A DNA stretch of 64,000 nucleotides from Phycisphaerae bacterium (GTDB lineage Bacteria; Planctomycetota; Phycisphaerae; UBA1845; Fen-1342). The position numbers and the translations under genes are program-made. The first letter of the stretch is position 1, and every line of letters starts with the position of its first letter. Below are positions 43,673-53,016 of the stretch, one piece after another. The stretch lies in NCBI GenBank assembly GCA_050115495.1, contig JASFQK010000021.1:32001-96000 (forward strand), written 5' to 3'. The notes below the pieces were generated by a model. It did no database searches. It saw only the letters and a program-made list of their open reading frames with translations, and was not told where the DNA came from.

Positions 43673-46567
43673 ATGACGCGAGAGCGAAACTCAGAACCGG
43701 AGCCGAAGCCAAAGCCGAAGCGAAAGTCGAAGGCGAGGCCAAAGCCGAAGGCGAAGCCCACGCCCGAGTACGACGTCTTCATCTCGTACAGCAGCGAGGA
43801 CAAGGCGTGGGTGCGCGGCGAGTTGCTCCAGCGTATCGAACAGGCTGGCTTGCGCGTCTTCATTGACTACCGCGACTTCACGCGTGGGGCCGCGAGCATA
43901 GAGGAGTGCCAGCGCGGGGTGGAAGAATGCCCGAAAACGCTTCTCGTCCTCACCCCAGGCTACCTCAGCAGCGAGTGGTGCGCAATCGAAAACATCATGG
44001 CGCAGACGCGCGATCCGGCGAATCGACAACTCCGGCTTATCCCGCTCCTGTTGCAGGAGTGTGAGAAACCGCTGCGCATTGCCTCGTTCACGCACATCGA
44101 CTTCACCGACGGCGCCGACCACGACCTCGCCTGGCGACAGCTTCTGACCGCCCTGGGCGCGCCGCCGGAGGCGGAGCCGGCGAAGGAGCCACAGCGCGAC
44201 GACTGGTTCCTGCCGCATCCGTACCCGATGCCGCCGAACTTCACCGGACGTGCCGACGAGCTCGGGATGCTTAGCCAGTGGCTCAATGCCGACGGCGGGC
44301 ATCCGTTGCTCGTCCTGCGGGCGCTGGGCGGGTTCGGCAAGAGTGCACTCGTATGGCACTGGCTCACGCACGATGTGGCCGCCGCCGACTGGCCGCGTGT
44401 CGTCTGGTGGAGCTTCTACGAAGGTGACAACCAGTTCGACCACTTCCTCGCCCAGACGCTGGAGTACCTGGGCGTCGACAAGGCTACTCTACAGTCGCTC
44501 TCGGCCCACAGACAGGTCGACACACTTCTCCAGAAGCTCCACGCCCCAGGAACGCTCCTCGTGCTCGACGGCTTCGAGCGTGCTCTCCGAGCCTTCGGCG
44601 GGCTGGATGCGGCGTACAAGGGCGATGAGACGGCGAAGACCGCCGAGAACGACTGCGACTGCATCTCGCCCCTCGCCGAGACGTTCCTGCGCGGCGTGGC
44701 CACACTGCCGAACATCCGCGCGAAGGTGCTGCTCACGACACGTCTGCGTCCGCGGGCGGTCGAGGATCACGGCGCGCTGCTCGCCGGCTCCCGCGAGGAG
44801 GAATTGCGGCAGATGCAGCCTGCCGACGCCGTCGCGTTCTTCAACGCCCAGGGCATCCGCGGCACGCGGGCCGAGATCGAAGTGGCGTGCGCACCCTACG
44901 GCTACCACCCGCTCAGCCTCCGCCTGCTCGCCGGCTGGATCGTGCGTGACCTCGAACAACCCGGCGATATCGCCGCCGCCCGGCGTCTGAACATAGACGG
45001 CGAACTTGTCTCCCGACAGCATCATGTTCTGGAAGTGGCCTACAGCAGCCTCACGCCCGGCCGCCGAGCGCTGCTGAGCCGCATCGCCTGCTTCCGCGGC
45101 CCTGTCGCGTACGCCACGCTCAAGACACTGGCCGAGTCCGCGGACGAAGCTGGCGCCACGCTCGACGCCGACTTGCACGACCTCGTGGCCCGCGGGTTGC
45201 TGCACCACGACAAGCGTGAGGGCCGCTTCGACTTGCACCCCATCGTCCGCCGGTACGCCTACGACCGCCTAGCCGCCCCTGATCGCTCCGCCACCCACAC
45301 TCAACTGCGCGACTACTTCGCCGCGAAGGCTCCGCCGGACGAGATGGCATCCCTGGACGACCTGGCCCCGGTGATCGAGCTCTATTACCACATGATTCGC
45401 GCCAGTAAACTTGAAGAGGCGTTCTTGTTGTACCGAGATCGCCTCGGAGTGCTGCTGCATCATCGGTTCGGTGCGTATGAACTGGCCTTCTCGTTACTGC
45501 TCGCGCTCCTGCCCGACGGTGCCAACAACCCGCCCCGGCTCGCGCGAGAGGAGGCTCGCGCTTGGACGCTGAACATGCTTGGTATCAGCGCGGCCACCCT
45601 CGGGCGGCCGATGACTGCCAAGTCCTTTCTGGAACGGGCAGCCCTGATCTATGACGGCTGGACGAACTCTAATGAACAAGTTGCACTCTGGGAGTACTGC
45701 TTCGATATGCCCTCCTTTCGGCGAGCTGCGATGCAGTCGCTTGCGATCGTGCTCTATAACCTCGGCAGTCTCCTGCACCGCGTCGGTTCGCTGCGATCCT
45801 CTGAGGCGCGTCTGCGCCGTAGCATCACGCTCAGCTCACGTGTCGGAGACGTCGACTGGGAAACGGGCGGACGGATGGAGATAGGAAGACTCCTCAGCTT
45901 CACCGGTCGGTCGGACGACGCGCGGCGCGAACTGGCGTCTGCGCTGACCTTGGCCGAGACACGTAGCGAACTGCAGGCCCAATGCGTGACCTGGACGTAC
46001 GCGGGTCAACTGGACTTGCTGAACGCCCGTGTCTCCAAGTGGTGGTCCCGGCGCCGGCTCGTGAAGCAAGCCGTCGCGGCATCTACCCAGGCGATGGTAC
46101 TGGCCCGCGCCGCTGGCCAAGCCCGGTTCCCGGTAGAGCGTGACCACGTGCACACCTTCTGGCTGCTGGGCGCAGTCCACCGTGCCGCGAAGCAATATCA
46201 TCAGGCGGACTCCCACCTGATCGAGGCGCTGGAGCGCTGCCGGCGGATCAACCTGGTGGAGATGGAAGCCGACATCCTCATCGACCTCGCGCGGCTGCGG
46301 GCGACTACGGGCAACCCGGAAGAGGCGCAGCGGCTGGCGGAGGAGGCGCTGGTCATCACGGACCGCAGCGGGTACGTGCTGCAAGGGGCGGATGCGCATC
46401 TGGAGCTCGCCAAGCTCGCCCGCGGTCGCAAGGAGCTCGACGCCGCGAAGGAGCATGCCCGGCGGGCGCGGACGCTCGCTACGTGCGACGGCCCGCCGGA
46501 CTACACGTACAAGGCCGCCTACGACGAAGCCGGGGTCTTGCTGACGGAGTTGGGTGAGACCCCCTGA
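43673..46567 (+). CDS. TIR - STAND NTPase - TPR protein (NLR/Avs-like)
   Basis: YDVFISYS, SEWCAIE (TIR); FTGR, LGGFGKS (Walker A), LLVLDGFE (Walker B), TTR, HPLSL, LHPIVR; helical repeats. Confidence 0.9.
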   Translation: MTRERNSEPEPKPKPKRKSKARPKPKAKPTPEYDVFISYSSEDKAWVRGELLQRIEQAGLRVFIDYRDFTRGAASIEECQRGVEECPKTLLVLTPGYLSSEWCAIENIMAQTRDPANRQLRLIPLLLQECEKPLRIASFTHIDFTDGADHDLAWRQLLTALGAPPEAEPAKEPQRDDWFLPHPYPMPPNFTGRADELGMLSQWLNADGGHPLLVLRALGGFGKSALVWHWLTHDVAAADWPRVVWWSFYEGDNQFDHFLAQTLEYLGVDKATLQSLSAHRQVDTLLQKLHAPGTLLVLDGFERALRAFGGLDAAYKGDETAKTAENDCDCISPLAETFLRGVATLPNIRAKVLLTTRLRPRAVEDHGALLAGSREEELRQMQPADAVAFFNAQGIRGTRAEIEVACAPYGYHPLSLRLLAGWIVRDLEQPGDIAAARRLNIDGELVSRQHHVLEVAYSSLTPGRRALLSRIACFRGPVAYATLKTLAESADEAGATLDADLHDLVARGLLHHDKREGRFDLHPIVRRYAYDRLAAPDRSATHTQLRDYFAAKAPPDEMASLDDLAPVIELYYHMIRASKLEEAFLLYRDRLGVLLHHRFGAYELAFSLLLALLPDGANNPPRLAREEARAWTLNMLGISAATLGRPMTAKSFLERAALIYDGWTNSNEQVALWEYCFDMPSFRRAAMQSLAIVLYNLGSLLHRVGSLRSSEARLRRSITLSSRVGDVDWETGGRMEIGRLLSFTGRSDDARRELASALTLAETRSELQAQCVTWTYAGQLDLLNARVSKWWSRRRLVKQAVAASTQAMVLARAAGQARFPVERDHVHTFWLLGAVHRAAKQYHQADSHLIEALERCRRINLVEMEADILIDLARLRATTGNPEEAQRLAEEALVITDRSGYVLQGADAHLELAKLARGRKELDAAKEHARRARTLATCDGPPDYTYKAAYDEAGVLLTELGETP

Positions 46568-46586
46568 TCGCCGGGCCGGATCGGCC

Positions 46587-47591
46587 TTAGCGGTCGGCGG
46601 TGGCCGGGCGGCCGGCGCGGACGCGGCGGACTAGGTCGGCGACCGCGCGTTGGACCGGCGAGTCGAGCGGCAGGGCGTACGCCCGCTCGCCGGTGCCCGA
46701 ACCGCAGATGGCCACGTTCAGCCCGACCAGCCGGCCGTCGACGTCCAGCAGCGGCCCGCCACTGAAGCCCGCTTCGAGCCGCGCCGTGCTCTCGACCAGC
46801 CCGTCATAGCACCGCCCGCCGGCGGGAGCGAGCCACTGCTGCAACGACGCCCGCGCCGCCGTCACCACGCCCGGACGCAGACAAACCCCAACCCCCGCCG
46901 ACGGCCGCCCAATCGCCACCACTGGCGTTTCCGCCCGAACACCAGCGGGTCGTACTCGCTCGCCAAACGCGCGCGGCGTTTGTGCCTCAGCGCCCGCCGG
47001 TGGAACTCGCTCGCCAAACGCAGGCCCGCCGGCCCGCCCCGGCAGTTGCCCGCCCGCCACCACCGCCGTTTCCGCCAGCGCAGCATCGCCCGCAGGCGTC
47101 AGCTCAGCAAGCCCCCCGCAGTCAATCGACAGCACCGCCACATCGAACCGCTCGTCGGCGGCCACGCACTCCGCCCGATGGCACGATCCATCCGGCAGAA
47201 TGACCGACACCTCCACCGCCTCGCGAACGACATGCTCATTCGTCAGGATCAGCCCGTCGCCGGCGATCACGACGCCGGTGCCACCCGAAGGCGCGCACGT
47301 CGTCCGGACGTCGCCGTCGCGCCCTGCCTCGCCGGCGCCACGTCGCACGAGCGTCCGCACGTGCACAACGAACGCCGCCGCCCGGTCGGCATGGCGCAGC
47401 AGTCGCGCCATCTCGCCCGCCGTCGGCTCCGCCGGCAGTGCCGATACGCGCGCATCTGCGCCAGCCGGGCGCAGCCGAGCGCAGACGCGCGCCCACTGCT
47501 GCCGGCTGTGCCGCGCTGTCGGCCCGCCGCCCGCGCAGCCGCCGACCAGCACGAACCAGACCAGGAGCGTAGCGAAAGCCGCGCGGCCCAT
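46587..47591 (-). CDS. S1 (trypsin/HtrA-like, no PDZ) serine protease lipoprotein with a repeat insertion
   Basis: VGGC lipobox; LTNEHVV, DVAVL, GFSGGPL. Confidence 0.85.
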   Translation of the reverse strand: MGRAAFATLLVWFVLVGGCAGGGPTARHSRQQWARVCARLRPAGADARVSALPAEPTAGEMARLLRHADRAAAFVVHVRTLVRRGAGEAGRDGDVRTTCAPSGGTGVVIAGDGLILTNEHVVREAVEVSVILPDGSCHRAECVAADERFDVAVLSIDCGGLAELTPAGDAALAETAVVAGGQLPGRAGGPAFGERVPPAGAEAQTPRAFGERVRPAGVRAETPVVAIGRPSAGVGVCLRPGVVTAARASLQQWLAPAGGRCYDGLVESTARLEAGFSGGPLLDVDGRLVGLNVAICGSGTGERAYALPLDSPVQRAVADLVRRVRAGRPATADR

Positions 47592-47695
47592 GACGGACGT
47601 TCCTCCACCGGCCGGGTCGTGGCCGACGGAAGAACTCTACAAATAGTCTGGGAGCGATGACGGGGACGCGGGCGTGGAATTCGGGCGGCACCGGC

Positions 47696-47785
47696 GCGTC
47701 GAAAAAGGGGACAGGCACCTCGCGGCGTGCGGTTATGGCGATAACGAAAGCCCTTCGGCTCGGAGCCAGTCCCCTTTTTCGACGC
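47696..47785. repeat. Palindromic element family A, copy 1
   Basis: GAAAAAGGGGACAGGCACCTCGC...GGCTCGGAGCCAGTCCCCTTTTTC with inverted termini. Confidence 0.85.
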
Positions 47786-47789
47786 CCTG

Positions 47790-48221
47790 CTAAGGCCCGA
47801 TATCCAGCGTCGCCGCAAGCTGGCGATAAGAACTCAACGCACGCGCGTATTCCGCGCGAACGGCGGCGACGTCCGCTCGCGTGGCGGCGTCGCGGAGCCG
47901 CTCCAGTGCGGCGCGGAAATCCGCCGCCTCGGCACATGCCGCCGGCCGCTGCGCTTCGCTGAGAGAAACGAGCCGGGCCTCGCTGTCCCAGGCGGCGCTT
48001 TCCCGCAACAGCGTGTCGCTTTTCTCCGCCAGCATTCGTAAGGCGTGCTGCTGCCGGTCGCGAACAGGTTTTCGGACGGCGCGGTGGTGCGGCGTCACGG
48101 CCTGCTCGTAATACGCGGAGACTCCCGGCAGCCCTTCAGCAGTCGCCCGCCGATCCCCGCTCGCACATCCCCACATGCTCACGGCGAAGAGTGTCGCCAA
48201 CACTACAACCGGCAGGCGCAT
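47790..48221 (-). CDS. Small helical lipoprotein
   Basis: GAGGT RBS, SMWGC lipobox-like site, amphipathic helices. Confidence 0.7.
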   Translation of the reverse strand: MRLPVVVLATLFAVSMWGCASGDRRATAEGLPGVSAYYEQAVTPHHRAVRKPVRDRQQHALRMLAEKSDTLLRESAAWDSEARLVSLSEAQRPAACAEAADFRAALERLRDAATRADVAAVRAEYARALSSYRQLAATLDIGP

Positions 48222-48287
48222 GACGAAATACCTCATTATCGGGCACGACATTACAGCGATTCTGCGAAGGCCAGAACGCTCCACTCA

Positions 48288-48316
48288 ACACTAGGCACCC
48301 GGCGATGTAGAGTCAA
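48288..48316 (-). promoter_or_regulatory. sigma70-like promoter TTGACT-N17-TAGTGT
   Basis: 17-nt spacing, upstream of the lipoprotein gene. Confidence 0.45.
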
Positions 48317-48362
48317 CGCGAATCCGCGGCGACCCGGTGGCGTAGCGTGGCCCGGCGATGGT

Positions 48363-48441
48363 GAAAAGGGGACAGGCACCTCGCCGTGGGCAGTCTCCGC
48401 GACGAGAAGGGCTCCCTGGCTCGGAGCCAGTCCCCTTTTTC
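48363..48441. repeat. Palindromic element family A, copy 2
   Basis: GAAAAGGGGACAGGCACCTCGC...GGCTCGGAGCCAGTCCCCTTTTTC; centre differs from copy 1. Confidence 0.85.
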
Positions 48442-48650
48442 GCAGGCCAGCTACGCGCCCGGCTGCGCGAGAGCGATCAGGTTCGCCAGCATCTCGCCCG
48501 TCGCGTCGGTGACGAAATCGAGCATGCCGCCGTACAGGGCGTCGCGGAAGTCCGTGCTGCACGTGCCGCCGAGAAGCGGGATGAGACTCGCGGCGGCGAT
48601 CAAACGGGTCCACTGAAACCAACGACTCATGGATGCTGCTCCTCAACGGG

Positions 48651-49988
48651 TCAGAAGGCGGCCTGCACGCGAAAGCCCGCCACGAACGCGTCCCGGCCAT
48701 GCTCGCCGCCGGGACGAAGAATCCACTGAAAATCCGGCCCGACCGACAGCCAGGGCAGCAGTTCCGCCCGGTAGTACAACTCGAGCACAGTCTCGCGGTG
48801 CGGATCGGCACCGGTCAGACGCAGGTCCTCGCTGAGCAAACCCTGCGCCGCACCGAAGGCGATGACGTCGTCGTCGCGCGTCGGAATCAGCCCCTGGTAC
48901 TGGGCCCCGGCACTCCAGAAGTGCTCGATCTCGTTCACGTCGCCGTGGGCGAAGCTGTAACGCACGAAGACGCCGAGCCCCTGCTCGTCGCCCTCGTCGT
49001 CCGGACGCTCGCGGAAGATGACTTGGTCGATGCTCGTGTAGAAGCCGACGTCGTCCCGGCGGTACGGCACGGTGCGGCGCCGCCCGTCGAGATCGTCGAA
49101 GAACCGCTCCTTCGGCTGCGGGTCGTACCACAAGCCGAAGCGGTAGTTGCCCGGCAATTCGCCCCACGCGGTCTGCAAACGCGGCGTCAGGCCGAACTCG
49201 TAGATGCTGAAGGAATCGCCTCGGCCGTGATACGCCGTCCGGAAGCCGGTCTCGCGGGCGTCGGCCTCCGCGTCGGCGACGCCGGCCCCGAAGTAGAGCC
49301 AGTCGCACGGCGTCGCCACGAACTGGATGCCGTGGCCGTTGTCCGGAAACGGCACGTTGCCGCTGTTGATCAGCGCGTTGTTGAGGAACTGCGCCGTCTC
49401 GTCATTGGCGAAGGCGTTCGTCTCGAAGTCGACGCCGAGGTCGAGCTTGCCGGCCCGCACGCGCAGACCGCCGTCGAAGAACGTGTGCTCGTACCAGAGC
49501 TCGGTCAGGTCGATCGAACGATCGCCGCCGGCGTCGCCGTTCACGCCGAACAAATCGCCGACGTACCCGGCGTCACTGATGCCGTCGTCCCAACTGCCTT
49601 CAGCCAGGGCGTAGAGCATGCCCCCCTGCCATAGCTTGATCGCTTCAAAATCCAGACTGAGCTCGAGATCGTAGCTGCCGCTCACGCGATGGGCGTTCTT
49701 CGTCTGCACGCCGCCCCTCGCGTTGTGCTGGTAGATGGTCGTCAGGCCGAGGTCGATCGTGATACCGCGGTCTTCCAGGAACGAACGCCCACCGCACCAA
49801 TCGCCGGTAAGACGGTCGCTTTCGAATAGGCTGTCGCCGTCTTCGTCGGCTTCGTCAGCTCCGTCGCCTTCGGAGCGTTCAGACTCCTCCGACGGCGACG
49901 GCTGCGTGGTCGGCGGCTCGTCGGCGGCAGCCAGCGCGAGGATGGACAGCAACAGCACAATCGCCGGCGGTCTGGTGGTCATCTGCAC
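48651..49988 (-). CDS. OprB-family carbohydrate-selective porin
   Basis: LTGDWCGGRSFL, ELWYEH, RAGKLD, ETVLELYY, PDFQWI..PGG, terminal Phe. Confidence 0.9.
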   Translation of the reverse strand: MQMTTRPPAIVLLLSILALAAADEPPTTQPSPSEESERSEGDGADEADEDGDSLFESDRLTGDWCGGRSFLEDRGITIDLGLTTIYQHNARGGVQTKNAHRVSGSYDLELSLDFEAIKLWQGGMLYALAEGSWDDGISDAGYVGDLFGVNGDAGGDRSIDLTELWYEHTFFDGGLRVRAGKLDLGVDFETNAFANDETAQFLNNALINSGNVPFPDNGHGIQFVATPCDWLYFGAGVADAEADARETGFRTAYHGRGDSFSIYEFGLTPRLQTAWGELPGNYRFGLWYDPQPKERFFDDLDGRRRTVPYRRDDVGFYTSIDQVIFRERPDDEGDEQGLGVFVRYSFAHGDVNEIEHFWSAGAQYQGLIPTRDDDVIAFGAAQGLLSEDLRLTGADPHRETVLELYYRAELLPWLSVGPDFQWILRPGGEHGRDAFVAGFRVQAAF

Positions 49989-50456
49989 GCTCCCGAAGGC
50001 CGAAGCAGCTCACCGACGTCGATAGCTCGCCGCGACGCCGGCAGAGGACGACCGCCGCCGATCCGGGACTCACGAGGCACTACCCTGTTGTGCGCCCGGC
50101 GGACATGACAACGCCGGGCTGCCGACGAGATCGGCGGCCGTCGTCTCTGGTTATCGGCTGTGTTCTCGCGAACGTTGAGCCGGTGTGTACTCGCGACCCG
50201 GCGGCTCCGGTATCGGCCCACGACGCCGGCCGCGGAGGGCTCGCGGCCGTAAGCTACTGGCGGTCAATCGTTTACGCTTACCACCGCCGCTCAGACACGT
50301 GACCGGGCGGCCCGAGGGAGCCTCGCCGGGTGCGAAGCGTTGCGCGGTCGTCTATCATCTGCGAGGCGGGCCGCAGGTCCGGCCGGGCGCGGGCGACTGC
50401 GACCGGGCCGGGGTCGGCGACCATCGACTGGGCGCTGTTGAACACGGAGACTCCGA

Positions 50457-50972
50457 ATGACCGAACGCCAGGGAGAGATCACGTTTCAGGGCAATCCGCG
50501 GACGCTTATCGGGCCGGCGCTCGAACCGGGCAGTGCGTCGCCACACTTCGTGCTCACCGGCAACGACCTGGCCGACCTGCCCTGCACGGCGTACCACGGC
50601 AAAGTCATGGTGCTGAGCGTCGTGCCCAGCCTGGACACCGGCGTGTGCGCGGCGCAGACGCGGACGTTCAACCAGGAAGCGACGAAGCTGTCCGGCGACG
50701 TCGTCATCCTCACGGTCAGCATGGACCTGCCGTTCGCCCAGAAGCGGTTCTGCGGCGCGGAGGGCATCGACCGCGTCATCACCGCCAGCGACTACAAGCA
50801 CCGCGCGTTCGGGCCGGCGTTCGGCGTGCTCATCAAGGAGCTGGGACTGCTGAGCCGAGCCGTCTTCGTGATCGACCGAACGGGCAAGCTCGTCTACCGC
50901 GAATACGTGCCCGAGGTCACGCAGGAGCCGGACTATGCGGCGGCGCTCGCAGCGGTGAAGGCGGTGATGTAG
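50457..50972 (+). CDS. tpx: Thiol peroxidase Tpx
   Basis: VPSLDTGVCAAQTRTFN, SMDLPFAQKRFCGAEGI, LLSRAVFVID. Confidence 0.95.
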   Translation: MTERQGEITFQGNPRTLIGPALEPGSASPHFVLTGNDLADLPCTAYHGKVMVLSVVPSLDTGVCAAQTRTFNQEATKLSGDVVILTVSMDLPFAQKRFCGAEGIDRVITASDYKHRAFGPAFGVLIKELGLLSRAVFVIDRTGKLVYREYVPEVTQEPDYAAALAAVKAVM

Positions 50973-51084
50973 GAGCAGAGGAGCAGAGGAGCAAAGGAGC
51001 AGAGGAACAAAGGGCGCCCTCCGGGGCCGCCCACGCGTGCGAGGCGTGCCCTTTGATCCTCCGGTCCTTTGACCCTTTGCTCCT
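50971..51084. repeat. Palindromic element family B (8-mer tandem arms), copy 1
   Basis: (AGGAGCAR)x5 - GC core - (YTGRTCCT-like)x4. Confidence 0.8.
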
Positions 51085-51118
51085 CCCCCCGGACTCGCGC
51101 ACATGCGCGAGAAGTGCG

Positions 51119-51823
51119 TCACGGCCTGTCCGGCAGCAGCCTCGCCACTTCCAGGTGAACGCCGACTGGGGGTAACACGGGCACGTCGGGTCGTTGGCCA
51201 ACGATGATACCCCACACACGGAACGTGCCGTCGGCGGCGCGCGAGGCGACGGGGCCACCGATGAAGCCGCTGTACTCCCCTGCCGGTACGAGCACGTCGT
51301 AGCAGCCGGCGGCGTGCGAGCCGAGGATGCGTCCGACGACGACTGACGCGGGCGTGCGCAGGTACTCGACGGGTGAGACGTCGCTGTCGGGCCGGGTGAA
51401 GCCAGCCAGCAGGACTGTGTCGCCGACGGCGACGGCGAAGTCGGGGGTGATCCGATTCGGCTCAGCCGTGAAGCCACGACCGATCAGGACAACCCAGGGG
51501 ATCGACGGCTGAGAGACGGCGCGGGCGGGGTTCTTGGCCACCATCGGGTAGCCCTCGACGACGCCGACGAGGAGCGGCTGCAGCTCGCGCGCCGCCGTCA
51601 CGTACTCGTTTGGCGAAACGGGGAAGCCGGCGAGCTGGTGCTGTTCGGAAACGACGTGCACGACGCACAACATCTGCCCGTCCACGGCAACGCCGCAAGG
51701 GGCGCGTGAGGCGCAGCCGGCGACAATCGGCAACAGGAGAAGCGCCAGGCCGCCAATGCACGCTATCGTCGCCCGGCACGATGTGCGTGGCACGCGTTTC
51801 AGAATGAAACAGTTCAGCGACAA
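51119..51823 (-). CDS. S1 protease-fold lipoprotein, predicted catalytically dead
   Basis: GGGAGG RBS/TTG; VAGC; aligns with the neighbour but reads TAARE, IPWVVL, GFIGGP. Confidence 0.7.
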   Translation of the reverse strand: MSLNCFILKRVPRTSCRATIACIGGLALLLLPIVAGCASRAPCGVAVDGQMLCVVHVVSEQHQLAGFPVSPNEYVTAARELQPLLVGVVEGYPMVAKNPARAVSQPSIPWVVLIGRGFTAEPNRITPDFAVAVGDTVLLAGFTRPDSDVSPVEYLRTPASVVVGRILGSHAAGCYDVLVPAGEYSGFIGGPVASRAADGTFRVWGIIVGQRPDVPVLPPVGVHLEVARLLPDRP

Positions 51824-51838
51824 GCGATCCCTCCCGCT

Positions 51839-52618
51839 TCAGTAGCTTCTCCAGAGCGCCCGCTGCAAGACGTCGGCGGGCAGCGGAGCCACGCCGAGCA
51901 CGAAACGACGGCCCGCGTCGGTGTCAGCGTAGCCCTGGTAGACGATCGTGCCGAACACGCGCGGTTCGCCGTCTTCGCCGACGGTCGCTGCCGGCCCGCC
52001 GGAGAAGCCTCCGTAATCGCGGGCGGGCACGGCGACGAGTACGAGGCCAACCTGCTCGGGCGCCGGTGTCGTGGCTTCGATCGCCGTTCCCTCGATGATT
52101 GATGGCTGGATCTGCCAGTATTGCTCGCGCGTGTATTTCTTGCCGGCCAGGAAGAGCCCGCCGAGCACGACACGTTGTCCGGGCCCGGGCAATGCGGTGG
52201 GGTCGATGATGTTGGTGTCGAACCGGTCCACCGTCCCGAGCAGCACGAGCCAGTCGTCCTGCGTCGCCAGGTCGTTGCGGTCGAGCCCCATGCGTTCGAC
52301 GAAGTTGCCCACGAGCATGGGCACACCCTCGACGGCGGCGGCGCGGATGCGGCCGGCGAATTGGTGCCCCGAGCAGACGACCATACGAGAGTTGATCGGA
52401 TATCCGGACGCCCCGCCGAACTCGCCCGCGGCATGGAGAACGTGGAGGTCGGTGACGGTCGACACAGCGCGTGTTGCACAGCCTGAGGCGGCCAGGGTGA
52501 GCAGACAGAGCATGCCTGCGGCGGCGCAGCACAGGGTGCGGCAGCGCACCGCGGAATGCAGACCACGGCCAGAATCCAAGGGTCGCTCGATCGTTGCCCA
52601 CTGTGTCGTCGCATTCAT
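51839..52618 (-). CDS. S1 protease-fold lipoprotein with an intact triad
   Basis: ASGC lipobox; CSGHQF, DDWLVL, GFSGGP; start uncertain. Confidence 0.75.
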   Translation of the reverse strand: MNATTQWATIERPLDSGRGLHSAVRCRTLCCAAAGMLCLLTLAASGCATRAVSTVTDLHVLHAAGEFGGASGYPINSRMVVCSGHQFAGRIRAAAVEGVPMLVGNFVERMGLDRNDLATQDDWLVLLGTVDRFDTNIIDPTALPGPGQRVVLGGLFLAGKKYTREQYWQIQPSIIEGTAIEATTPAPEQVGLVLVAVPARDYGGFSGGPAATVGEDGEPRVFGTIVYQGYADTDAGRRFVLGVAPLPADVLQRALWRSY

Positions 52619-52717
52619 ACATTCATTGATACGCGACGCGTCAAGAGGCCCACGTCCAGCTCTGGGGGGGGCGGAGGAACGGTGGCGGGCGAGGTGCGTC
52701 CTTTGATCCTCTGGCAC

Positions 52718-52839
52718 AGAAGCACAGGAGCAAAGGGGCAAAGGAACAAAGGAGCAAAGGGGACGCCCCGAGGTCGGCCACGCCTGCGATGCGCGCCGTC
52801 TGACCCTTTGATCCTCTGATCCTTTGCCCCTCTGATCCT
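52718..52839. repeat. Palindromic element family B, copy 2
   Basis: AGGAGCAA-type arm, shared core CCACGCSTGCGAKGCGYGCC, YTGATCCT-type arm. Confidence 0.8.
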
Positions 52840-53016
52840 CACCCGCTCCAGGCGCATCAAGCGCGAGTCCACCCAACAGCTTTCATAGGGCGCACCACGC
52901 GATTATCATGTCGCAACGCCGCTGATCTGGCGGTCATCCCCTGCCCCATTCGAGGGGAGTTGCGCGAAGATGCTGTATGTTGCTGTACCCGGCCGCGCCT
53001 CATCGAAAGGACCACT

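Noticed and set aside
28135..46567. Diversity-generating retroelement acting on the array or the TPR region
   Set aside because: No reverse transcriptase and no template/variable repeat pair differing at adenines seen in the window
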